A stretch of 64,000 nt of DNA from Negaprion brevirostris (lineage: Eukaryota). Each line of letters begins with the position of its first letter. Position 1 is the first letter of the stretch. A program made the position numbers and the translations under genes. The notes beneath the pieces were generated by a model. It worked only from the letters and a program-made list of their open reading frames with translations, was not told where the DNA came from and made no database searches. Positions 53,066 to 64,000 of the stretch are shown in pieces. The stretch lies in contig JARDVH010000163.1 of NCBI GenBank assembly GCA_030324005.1, forward strand, positions 30,093,769-30,157,768, read 5' to 3'.

Positions 53066-53533
53066 GTGAGTTTAACAATTATTTTTCAAAATCACTTTTT
53101 GTAGGAAGGAGTTTTATATGACAATTTCATATGAAGGACTAGTTTGGGTAATTAACATGCAAGTTTAAAGTAATCATGAAAGACATTTGCTAAAAATAAT
53201 ATATTATACAGCAGAACACCTTCAAAGACAAATGTTACAGAATTTCTTCCCTTGCAACACACATACAACTTAATTTAGACTTCCTCACTTTATACCCGTT
53301 GAGCTGACAAGATCAGTTTCTAATAGCATTGTGATATTTTAAAAGTGGATAGAAGTACATTTTAGAGTATTCACAACTTTAGGCATGTTGGAAGATTTAA
53401 ATCAGCCTCTAAGAATTTAATTATGACATTAGCACAACTGTTTTCTATTCGCAGTTCACCCGTTGTATTTCCATTTTGTATTCTCTACTAGTGATCCTTA
53501 AATTTTAAAGTATATTCGCATTTTGTTTGACAG

Positions 53534-53628
53534 CTTATGTGTGCCCTGGGAAATAACATCATAAATGGAATATATGAAGCACAAGTGGATGAAATGCATT
53601 TTAAAAAGCCAAATGCAGGAGATTCAAG
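53534..53628 (+). CDS. ACAP2: ACAP2 exon, ArfGAP (LMCALGNNIINGIYEAQVDEMHFKKPNAGDSR)
   Basis: tgacag| and |gtaaat; 95 nt, phase 0/2. Confidence 0.94.
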
Positions 53629-54245
53629 GTAAATGATGTAATTAATTCTGGTTCTATTAGACAACATTTTCGAGAAAAGTGTAAAGTGCCAACTTGGCTC
53701 AAGAGGTTTGTCTGTTGTGATTAATGTTAAAGATCTGCAGTGATACCATTCAAATGAATGCAACTTGTCAACATTTTATTCCCCAATGGTCCCGAATACA
53801 GAACAATTGGTCATTTATTTCACTTCAAGCAATTTCACACAGCATAGTTAGTTGCTCCATTCAAGGTAATTAATTTGATATGAAGCCCTGAGAGGTATTT
53901 TCTGACGGATGTGACAAGATGCTGAATATAAATTCAAGTTTTTCTTAATGATCTAGATTATTGTTCAAAAATACTTGAGCTGCCACTTAAGAGTAAATAT
54001 TATTTAATAGGATAATAGCAGCTTTGGCTGTAAGTTAAACAAATTGTATTTCTATAATTGAAATGTAAATTTTTAATGCACTTGTATCAAACTTAATTTA
54101 GCATCTGAGAAGCTATAAGTAAATGACGAGCATGTGCCTTGCTTTTGGCACAGCAGATAATCTCACTTTAAATTGTGCTTTTTTAAAATGTAAAATGTAT
54201 GAGCTTTGTAACTTTCAAGTATATTTCATGCACTACTATTGTTAG

Positions 54246-54427
54246 GCTTGAAAAGGAATCTTGGATCAAAGCTAAGTATGTTGAGAAGAAGTTTGTACAG
54301 AAACCCTATAGAATTTCTTCATCAGAAGAAAGATCACAGGGATTACCACTGTCCAGTGAATCTGAGGGCACACCTGAAAAATCATCCACGTCTCTTTCTG
54401 TACCAGGGAGCACTTCCAAAATTTCAG
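54246..54427 (+). CDS. ACAP2: ACAP2 exon, end of ArfGAP plus Ser-rich linker (LEKESWIKAKYVEKKFVQKP...SKIS)
   Basis: tgttag| and |gtaata; 182 nt, phase 2/1; IKAKY motif. Confidence 0.92.
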
Positions 54428-54654
54428 GTAATAGCCTATCTGTAATGTAACGTGGTGAACTGAATAAGAATAACCCATGAATAATAAAATTATTATTTTA
54501 ATTGAATTGTGTCTAAAGTAAAGATACACGAACATATTTCTGCCATCTATCCATTTTTTAAATCCTACCAACTAACAACTCTGGTCTAAATTCTGTGTCA
54601 GCACTGACAGCACCATTGCTGACTTCAAAGAAAGCCACCAGCAACTAGTGATCT

Positions 54655-55595
54655 TGGTAGTGCAGAATTTGAGTATTGCTCAAAAAAGAGACATGTCAAA
54701 ATTTTTTGTCTTGCATTCATCAGTTCAGATACAAGAATGATGAATTTTAAAGGGACCAACAGTTGATGCTGCATGCACAAAGGGTATTGATTGATTGACA
54801 AATTGACACTGATTGAGACATTGCCATGGAGAATGCACCAGGGAACTATTGTCATTGCCCCCCCCAACACATCACTATCACCACGACCACCACCACCACC
54901 ACTGCTTTTGTTTAATTTAGCAATGGCACAACACTTGGGCTTTCTTTTTACTTGCAGAAGACAGGTCCCTGCATATGAAAATATGTAGCCACATTGTGAG
55001 TCCAGCTGATGATCTTAATTTGATTGTTAGTTTCGTTCTTATGAATTGGTGCCAAGTACATTGGTGTCATAAGCTCCAAAGTCCAGTGGATTGTATTGAA
55101 CAACATGCTCCTTCGGCTGATACAGTAGGCAGAAGCTGATCATTCTGACACAGATGGTGCTTGCAAAAACTCAGAACACAATATTTAACGTTAGATGTGA
55201 TTCTGTAATTGGACAGCACTTGTTGAACAATCCCAAGTGTGCTAAGAATTACACTGACAACCAAAATAAGATTTTCAGTTGACCTCACAATGTGGCTCAC
55301 TTATGCTTGCTGGAAACTGTATATATTTCACAGGGACCTGAACTCTGCAAGCAGAAAGAACATATCTAGGTACTTGTATCTTTTTTGAATTAAACATATA
55401 TGCATGGGGGAATAATAATTCCCTGGTACATTCTCCATTGCAATACCTTGACTGATCAGTCAATTTGCTGACCAACTAGTACCCTTTTCTCATGCAGGAT
55501 AAATTGTTGTTCCCTTTGAAATTTGGAGCCTTGCATCTGTTCTGATGAGTGCATGACAAAAAGCTTCATCAACACCTTGTATCTTTTTTCAGCAA
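54655..55595. mobile_element. Penelope-derived fragments in inverted arrangement
   Basis: 55165-55595 is homologous to 37500-38020; 54655-54850 is an inverted copy of the terminus. Confidence 0.7.
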
Positions 55596-56721
55596 AATCC
55601 AGCAAGCTCTAGAACATGGATTTCTCCTTTCTTGATAGTTTAAATCTGACACCAGGTCATGTGGATCTCCAATTACCCAGCAGCAGTGATGGCAGTGAGT
55701 AGGGTGGGCAGTTAATCACATTGAAGTATCCACACCAAGTTCAAGATACTTTTAAATTCTAGGGCTCTTCTTGAGATCTTTTCAAGGAATTCTTGATTTT
55801 TCAGGGTTACTTCTTGATCTTCTGGGTACCATTTTCATTCTCACTAACTTTTTTATTAGGTGATGCAGTGAAGTAATAAGATTGCTTGCTGTGTTGACAC
55901 ATATGATATTAGGACTCTCACAGAAGCCGAATTAAAAGAATTCATCAGTATCCTCAATAATCATTACCCTTCCTTTAAACTTAAAACCACAACACACAAC
56001 GAAAGTATAAATTTCTGAGACACCACAGGCACAAGTTAACAACAAAATATATATTTTTAAACAACTGTCTACACACAAAAAACCATCACATGGCTTCTGC
56101 AAACTGGTGAAGTCACAGCTAATGGGGTTTTTGTGGCACATGCACAAAGCTGGAAGATTTTAACCCTGCAGTTTACATCTCAGATCCCAATCTCAGATTT
56201 AAATTTAATTACTCCAACACTGATTTAGAACATAGAACACTACAGCACAAACAGGCCCTTTGGCCCACAAGTTGCGCCGATCACTTCTATACCTACTTTT
56301 TTGTGGAAGAGAATTCCAAACTTCTACTAACTCACCACTGAAAGATCTGGTTCTGATTTTAAGATAATGTTTCCCAGTCATGGATGCTGCTAAATTAATT
56401 GATTGTTTACCTCATTACACAGCATTTCACTGACTTTAAAGCACTTTGGGAAGCTCTAAGGTCATTAAAAACACCATAAAATGTACGTCATTCATTACTC
56501 GGATACAAAATGAAAATATCCATAGAATCGTTTTAGAGATTTCTTTTGATGTTGTTTAGCTGGTTCGTGTATTACAGATTCAATAGACCCATATTAGTTG
56601 GGACCCACAAAACCTTTTCCTGGCATTACCTGAATGGTGCATGGCTCCAGTCCAAGTTGACAGATTGAGGCTGCAAGTTTTCCTCACTTTTTTAAACAGA
56701 GATGTAAAAAGGTGACAATTC

Positions 56722-56935
56722 TAGAATCATAGAATAGAATTCTTACGGTGCCAAAAGAGGCCATTTGGCCTATCGAGCCTGCACCGACAGCAATCCCACC
56801 CAGGTCCTATCCCTGTAACCTCACATATTTACCCTGCTAATCCCCCAACACTAATGGCAATTAACATGGTCAATCTACCTAACCTATGTATCTTTGGACT
56901 GGGGGAGGAAACTGGAGCACTGAGAGGAAAACCAT
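56722..56935 (-). mobile_element. HE1-like SINE 3' half; a 5' head fragment lies at about 57720-57820
   Basis: Reverse complement of the 17872 and 51238 family. Confidence 0.75.
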
Positions 56936-59932
56936 GCTCAGCTCACTGCTTCTGCAAGAGAAGGTGTTCTGTGACCGCTCTTCCCCCTCAGACTCGCTCC
57001 ACTTCCCCACCAGCAGGCAGCTAATTCCTTGCATCACCGTCCCTCCCTGGAAAGCACTTTCTTCCCTCTCCAATCCCAATAAACACTTCCACCCTCCTGA
57101 TAGGCTGCCTCTCCAATCTCGCAGCCCCTCCAACTTCTGCCAATCTGGTGCTCAAGCTGATGTGCCACCATTCACCTTCTCATTGCATGCTGCTTCTTCA
57201 GTCACAGCGTTTGCTGCTGATAGGCTTACTAGCTGCTCAATTGATTCATGAGCTTTCTGTGATGGCCCCATGACTGAATTCTCCTTGACGTTTTTGGGGA
57301 GTTTGGAGGTTAATTTCGTCCCACACCCATGTATTTTGAAACTGATTTTCACAGCTACCTAGGGAATAAACTGCACTTATCATTTACATTTAATTAAATT
57401 TTACAGATAGCAAATTCAATGATTGGGATGTACTCATGGGATTAAGATAGAAGTTGAAACAAATTTCAAATTCCATCCTAAATATGTCTTTTAATTATAA
57501 TAGAGAATTTTGCCCTTCATAAGTATAAAAATTAGTTTTTCAGGGCTAGAGAGACTTAAAAATAATTATGAACTTAGTAAAGTTAAAATAACAATTACAT
57601 TTATACTTCATTCAATAAGGGGTAACTTTTTAAGGATTTGTACTGTATGACTAATAGCATAAAAAGTCAGACTTTTTTTTTTAATTTGGTTGCCACTTTA
57701 AAAAGCTCAATGTTTAGAGAAACTGCACTGACTCTACAGCAGAGCATCTTACCCGGGTTGAACCCAGTCCCTGGAGTTGTGAGGCAGCAGTGCTGATCAC
57801 TGTGCCACTGTGCTGCCCAATCACTCAAGCAACTCCTGATTCACTGCGTACGTGCAGACTTCATGACTTGGTGTTAGTTTCAGTGGAGTGATGATGATGA
57901 TGGATGCTAACAGTTCCACTACCTTTGCTGCTGTACAAGCGAGACGCATGTATTTTTCAGCCAAATTTTCATAAATATAAGGCCCAATTTTGGGGTCCAT
58001 GGAGAAGTGACAGTACCGGCTGCTGACCTTTGAAGAAAACTTTCCGCAAAGATCTGGCAATCTTTGTGGCTTGGATTTCACCTTTCCCAGCGTGAATTTG
58101 GAATCTCCAGGTGTCCAGCAAAGGTAATATCATCAAAGAAGCCAGTCATATTGAAGCATCAATCGTCATACACAAACCAGGAAATAAAATGCCTGATTAT
58201 CCTGACATTTGAATTCGAAGCTGAAATAAAATAAACAAACTTGTTTTTTTTTAAATTTATTAAAAGCCTATGGAGTTTTATCATTGAAGAATTTGGCATT
58301 ATACAAATATAAGATTACTTGTCCATGGTCAGAGTTCTTAGTCAGTAGTTGTGAATTTGTATGCTGTTGGAAACCTAGTTACACACCATTAATAAGGCAA
58401 AGCATTCCCAGGGATTTTAACAGTGATACTACAATACTAAAGAAGAAGTTCTCATCAGTTCAACGATTTCTAATTAATTCCCATCAATGGAAATTTCAAC
58501 ACTGCACCCCACGGAGAAGTGCAGCATCACTGAGAGTGACTTCTGGATTCACACCAAATGAGTGGACTCCCGAAGCTGCCATTACTTTCAGACAAGAAAT
58601 GACATCGACTGCTGGTGGTTTTGACATTCAGTANNNNNNNNNNNNNNNNNNNNNNNNNNNNNNNNNNNNNNNNNNNNNNNNNNNNNNNNNNNNNNNNNNN
58701 NNNNNNNNNNNNNNNNNNNNNNNNNNNNNNNNNNNNNNNNNNNNNNNNNNNNNNNNNNNNNNNNNNNNNNNNNNNNNNNNNNNNNNNNNNNNNNNNNNNN
58801 NNNNNNNNNNNNNNNNNNNNNNNNNNNNNNNNNNNNNNNNNNNNNNNNNNNNNNNNNNNNNNNNNNNNNNNNNNNNNNNNNNNNNNNNNNNNNNNNNNNN
58901 NNNNNNNNNNNNNNNNNNNNNNNNNNNNNNNNNNNNNNNNNNNNNNNNNNNNNNNNNNNNNNNNNNNNNNNNNNNNNNNNNNNNNNNNNNNNNNNNNNNN
59001 NNNNNNNNNNNNNNNNNNNNNNNNNNNNNNNNNNNNNNNNNNNNNNNNNNNNNNNNNNNNNNNNNNNNNNNNNNNNNNNNNNNNNNNNNNNNNNNNNNNN
59101 NNNNNNNNNNNNNNNNNNNNNNNNNNNNNNNNNNNNNNNNNNNNNNNNNNNNNNNNNNNNNNNNNNNNNNNNNNNNNNNNNNNNNNNNNNNNNNNNNNNN
59201 NNNNNNNNNNNNNNNNNNNNNNNNNNNNNNNNNNNNNNNNNNNNNNNNNNNNNNNNNNNNNNNNNNNNNNNNNNNNNNNNNNNNNNNNNNNNNNNNNNNN
59301 NNNNNNNNNNNNNNNNNNNNNNNNNNNNNNNNNNNNNNNNNNNNNNNNNNNNNNNNNNNNNNNNNNNNNNNNNNNNNNNNNNNNNNNNNNNNNNNNNNNN
59401 NNNNNNNNNNNNNNNNNNNNNNNNNNNNNNNNNNNNNNNNNNNNNNNNNNNNNNNNNNNNNNNNNNNNNNNCCCAACCACTCTCTGAGTAAAGAATCTAC
59501 CTTGGACATCCCTCCTATATCTCCCACCATGAACCTTATAGTTATGCCAACTGAGCCGTCAGTTTTACTTTCATAAAATATTGTAGCCCCAAGCCACAGT
59601 CTGTTTCTGTCAGATTTATAGATTTCCATGCAGCACAGAAATATAAGATCAAATAAAGTTAAACTTATTTAACAACATTCAAACCAATCCTAAGTAACAG
59701 AGCAAGATCTAATGCTTCTTTTCTGTAGGCTGGATAAAATAGTATTTTTGTTATAATAAACCCAGAGTTTTTTGTCACAAGTATCACTTGTAGCTTGAAG
59801 CAAAACATTCCCCCATTTTACTCAGTTAGAATATCAGACATACTTGATATGCTACAGTCATATGAATAAGACTGGAAGAGTTGTAATGGATTTGACGTAG
59901 TCCATCTCATTTAACTTGTCTGTTTCTTTAAG

Positions 59933-60028
59933 GAGTAAAAAATTCAGACAGTGGTGTGTCAAATAGCTCTGAGGGCAGCAAGGATGTGGTAATGTCTGTC
60001 ATTTCCAATAACAACTTTCCTGAACCAG
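59933..60028 (+). CDS. ACAP2: ACAP2 exon, Ser-rich linker (GVKNSDSGVSNSSEGSKDVVMSVISNNNFPEP)
   Basis: tttaag| and |gttggt; 96 nt, phase 1/1; resembles the mammalian NDSG...LYEP segment. Confidence 0.85.
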
Positions 60029-60357
60029 GTTGGTAAGATTGGCCTAGGCGAATACTAGTTGCATAAATTAATAACATAATTTGCATATCCATCCTGTATT
60101 CTATACTTTTACATATATATTTGGCTAACTTTTATGTAGTTAGAGTTCAATTCATTCTAACCTGAACTTTGGTCATTAACTGTATAATTTGTCTCTAAAC
60201 TAAGTATTTTGAGTCAAATCGTAAATGTGTGTTGAATATTAAATATGTTTAGAATACAAAGTCAGTAGCAAGAAGACTAAGTATCTGCTAAAGTGTAACC
60301 TCTGATCACAGTCAGTGAAAGAAATGCTAAAGATTCTTTTCTTTTTTGCCTCTTTAG

Positions 60358-60569
60358 AAATTTTGGAAGCGTCTATCAGAAGGAGAGGTGGAAGCGACTC
60401 ATCCGTTTCTGATGTAGAGAAAGTTATTTCCCCTGGATTACAGTTATATAAAGCTGCTCATGTTCGAAGTCTTCCAGATATGGCAGAAGCATTAGCCCAT
60501 GGAGCTGATGTGAACTGGGTTAATGCTGAAGATAACAAAGCAACTCCTCTTATTCAGGCTGTGCTGGGG
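60358..60569 (+). CDS. ACAP2: ACAP2 exon, first ankyrin region (...PGLQLYKAAHVRSLPDMAEALAHGADVNWVNAEDNKATPLIQAVLG)
   Basis: ctttag| and |gtaggt; 212 nt, phase 1/0. Confidence 0.93.
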
Positions 60570-61427
60570 GTAGGTTGGCTCTTAAGAATCAAAGTACTGT
60601 GGTTTGGTTAGAATGTAATGAAATCAGAGAATCAAGTGCAAATCAGAATAAACTTAGATTCCAAATGTCATAGGTCAAGCTCACCAATCCGTTCATCTTG
60701 GTTTTTTGGTGGGATAGCTCATTTCCAAATGGTTTACTATGGCCAGGGAATATTGATATTTTCCTTACTCCAATTCAGTGGTACTCTTAACCAGCTGGCC
60801 ATGGACAAATCTTGATGGAAACAACTGCAGCCTTGATTGTTTTGTTTCCTAATTGCAGATGAATTGGCAGTGGCAAGAAAATTGTGAAGAGAAGGAAAAT
60901 GAATTGACCAAATAGGAGAGGCCAAAAATTCTAAGAATGTTAGAGAACTTGTGTATCATTATCCTTAACTTTAGTCTGCAATATATTACATGCATTAGAA
61001 ACTTACATCCTGAGACCCAAAACTAAAGATTCGTTAGCAATATTCTCTGATGCCTTAGATTTAATAAGGCCTGGTTACACACTTCGATGTCTTCTTCATA
61101 ATGTACACTAATTTTGAAAGTAATTTCTAAATAAACAGAGTTAAACTTGTGATGTCTGGATTCGTGCTGAGATTCAAATCACTTAGTTTATAATGGTTTT
61201 ATTTTGAGGCATACAAGAAAATTGCATTTGTACCTGACATAATGAAATTGACTAGCTTATAATAGTGTTTTAGCAAACACTTGTTCACTTTTATACTTTC
61301 TCCTCTCTTTCTCCTTCTATTGTCCTGTTTTTCCCCTTCCTCCTTTTCTCTGCACTGTTTACTAATTAATGTTTTAGTTCATTTTTATCTGCTAGTTTGG
61401 ATCTTGAAGGTATATCTCTTATCACAG

Positions 61428-61537
61428 GGCTCTTTGGTTGCCTGTGAATTTCTGCTGCAGAATGGAGCAGATGTGAATCACAGAGACTGTCATGGTAGAG
61501 GACCGCTACATCATGCCACCATCTTGGGACATACTGG
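61428..61537 (+). CDS. ACAP2: ACAP2 exon, ankyrin repeats (GSLVACEFLLQNGADVNHRDCHGRGPLHHATILGHTG)
   Basis: tcacag| and |gtaaca; 110 nt, phase 0/2. Confidence 0.95.
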
Positions 61538-61729
61538 GTAACAAACTCCACTGCTCTGCGATATGTTTGCTACTTTCTTTATGTCTAATATAATACAATA
61601 AGCCATTCGATGCTTTAAGACACGGTGATATTTTGTTACCTTGCAAAAGTGTGCCTCAAGCTTAAGTACTTTGGAAGAGCCTTCAAAAAGTATAAATTCT
61701 AGGTAAATCTGTAAGCATATATATTCACC

Positions 61730-62500
61730 AATACCCTGTATAACCGAAGCGTAACCTCTAATTGTATATTCAATTCCCCTCTCAATAAACGATAACAATC
61801 TTTTTGCTTTCCTAATTGCTTGCTGTACCTGCATACTAACCATTTGTGATTCATGCACCAGGACACCCAGATCCTCCTGCATCTCAGCTCTGCAATCTCT
61901 CTCCATGTAGATAATGTTTTTTATTCTTCCTGTCAAAATGGACAATTTCACATTTTCCCATGTTATACTTCACTTGCCAGATTTTTACCCACTCATTTAA
62001 CCTATCTATATTCCTATGTAGCCTCCTAGTGTTGTCTTCACAACTTATTTTCCTACCCATCTTTGTATCATCAGCAAATTTAGCAACCATAATTTTAGTC
62101 CCTTCATCCAAGTCATTTATATAAATTATAAAAAGTTGAGAACCCAGCACTGATCTTTGTGGCATATCATTCATTACATCTTGAATAGGTGGACATGACG
62201 CAAATGTAAGTTTAATGCAGAGAAGTATGAACTGATTCAGTTTGGTAGAATGAACATAGGAAGGCGATATAAAATAGAGTATGAAGTGGATACAGGAGCA
62301 GAGGGACATGGATGTCAATGTATGTCGTTGAAGGTAGCAGAACATGTTGAAAAAGCAATTAATAGAGCATCCTGGGTTTTATTAGTAGGGTCCATAGAGT
62401 AGATGTGCATGGAGATTATGTTGAACTTATAAAAGTTACAAGTTCAGTTTCAGCTAGAATATTGCATCCAGTTCTTTGTGTTGCACTTTCGGAAGGATCG
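61730..62500. mobile_element. CR1 RT fragments: minus strand 61730-62180, plus strand about 62190-62500
   Basis: ORF 61884-62345 PQRSVLGSQLFIIYINDLDEG...KFADDTK; ORF 61511-61951 DLGVLVHES. Confidence 0.85.
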
Positions 62501-63686
62501 TACCCTACAGTGCAGAAAGAGGCCATTTGGCCCATCGAGGCAAAAATCCAGCTCTATATTTAATGGGCTTTCAATCTGCAAGAAATTAGTGTAATATTCC
62601 AGGCTAGGAGAATGTGGGGATTATTTTTAGAGGGAGTTAAGGTTTGAAGTGTTGTTGGATAGGAATCTTGTTACTGTAATAATCATCTGAAGCAATGCAA
62701 ATAATTCTGATTTTTGAGATATGATACAAGTTCAAACTAACAATGTTTACAAATGTAAGTTTGACAAATGGGGTGGCAGTGATGTTTATGAAGTGTGATA
62801 TATGGACCGTTCTAGGTTTTCGGTGCATCCAGACTGACATGTTTTCACTTTCTCACATAAAAAAACACACTAATGCAGATCTCTGTACTTGAGTATCTTG
62901 TGGCTCTTGCCTTCTTGGTGAGTTGCAATGCTGAAAGGTGCTGTGAAAATTAACTTTGTGAATTGTTGCAGTAGATGCTCGATAATATTTGTACATCAGG
63001 AGGTGAAGAATGCGTCACATCAAGCCTCTGGAAAGTGGTGAACTCACTCAGTCCCCAGGACTTTCGTGATGGCTGAATTGATAAGTGTAGTTCTGGTGAA
63101 GATGAGATGATTAAGTCTTTTCTTGTTGGACATTATCATTAGCTGAAGTTTATGTTGTGTGAATATTACCTTATATTTGTCAGCCCCATTTTGATGTTCA
63201 CATCCTTCTGTAGGCCAACTTGAGCTATGTTAGAGCTGAAGAATTGTGAATGGAGTTGAACAGTGTAAAATCAACAGTAATAATGAAAATATATTAAGAA
63301 ACCCAACCAGTCAAGGGTGAACAAAGTAAATATAAGGTTTTGTAGATATTTTGGAACCTTGGAGTATGCAGAAATAAATTCTGCAGAACATTTTCTCTTT
63401 GTTAAAAGGGTTGGGTGGTGTTGATAATTCAGTCCAGCAATATTCCCTACCCCATTAAAAGGCACCTGCTTTGACCATGTGCCTACCCAAAATAGTAATG
63501 GTAAAATAAGGGATATGGAGATCACATCTGTGTTTGTGTGTTGTGTTCCTGTGCTACTTTGAGTAAAAAAATGAATAATAAACAAAAATATGTATTCTTG
63601 TCCGAAATATTCTTCAGTTTTATGTTTGGAAAAGTGAATGCATTTGGTTTGTAACAAAACAATTATAATCTGCTTCTTTATCTCAG

Positions 63687-63797
63687 GCAAGTTTGTTTAT
63701 TTCTGAAGCGGGGAGCTGATCAAGGTGCATTAGATGAAGAAGAGAAGGACCCACTCACTATCGCCGTTGAAGCTGCAAATGCAGATATAGTTACATT
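63687..63797 (+). CDS. ACAP2: ACAP2 exon, ankyrin repeats (QVCLFLKRGADQGALDEEEKDPLTIAVEAANADIVT)
   Basis: tctcag| acceptor; donor taken as TT|gtgtgt (weaker consensus); 111 nt; the gene continues past the window. Confidence 0.9.
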
Positions 63798-64000
63798 GTG
63801 TGTATTGTATTTCTGGTGTTTATTCTTTACATATTGTTTGCATTCTGCTTACTTTGAAATTGGGAATATAGGAACAAGAGATTGAATAGTCTACCTCCTG
63901 AGACTGTTCCTTCATTTATTAAGATCATGGCTAATCTGAGTCCTAATTCTATTTACCTGCCTTGGCTCAATATCCCTTAATATCCTTGACTAGCAAACAT

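Noticed and set aside
58284-59629. Long ORFs of 290-430 aa
   Set aside because: They consist almost entirely of the N gap 58634-59471; exon phases on either side already match, so no exon is required there.
61396-61409. Possible 14-nt microexon (gctag|TTTGGATCTTGAAG|gtatat)
   Set aside because: The following intron would be 18 nt, too short to splice, and the exon would shift the frame.

Overview
Eukaryotic, intron-rich vertebrate DNA. The repeat families look elasmobranch (shark-like), which is an inference. The window holds an internal part of one + strand gene, an ACAP2/centaurin-beta-2 orthologue, running from the end of the BAR domain through the PH and ArfGAP domains into the ankyrin repeats. 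I traced 15 constitutive coding exons with GT-AG boundaries and consistent phases (7917-63797); the first and last exons lie outside the window. Introns are filled with decayed CR1 and L2 LINEs, tRNA-derived SINEs, Penelope-like elements and solo-LTR-like inserts. The most notable signals are two frame-preserving microexons (12 nt before the PH domain, 21 nt inside its lipid-binding motif) and a candidate internal promoter and first exon giving a BAR-less isoform. Also notable are palindromic Penelope-type elements with hammerhead-ribozyme-like cores and covarying stem II, a twin perfect-hairpin repair scar, and a 236-bp direct repeat 3990 bp apart. Several 100-N gaps have duplicated flanks (assembly artefacts), one inside the ArfGAP exon. 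Family names come from recognising motifs, not from database searches.
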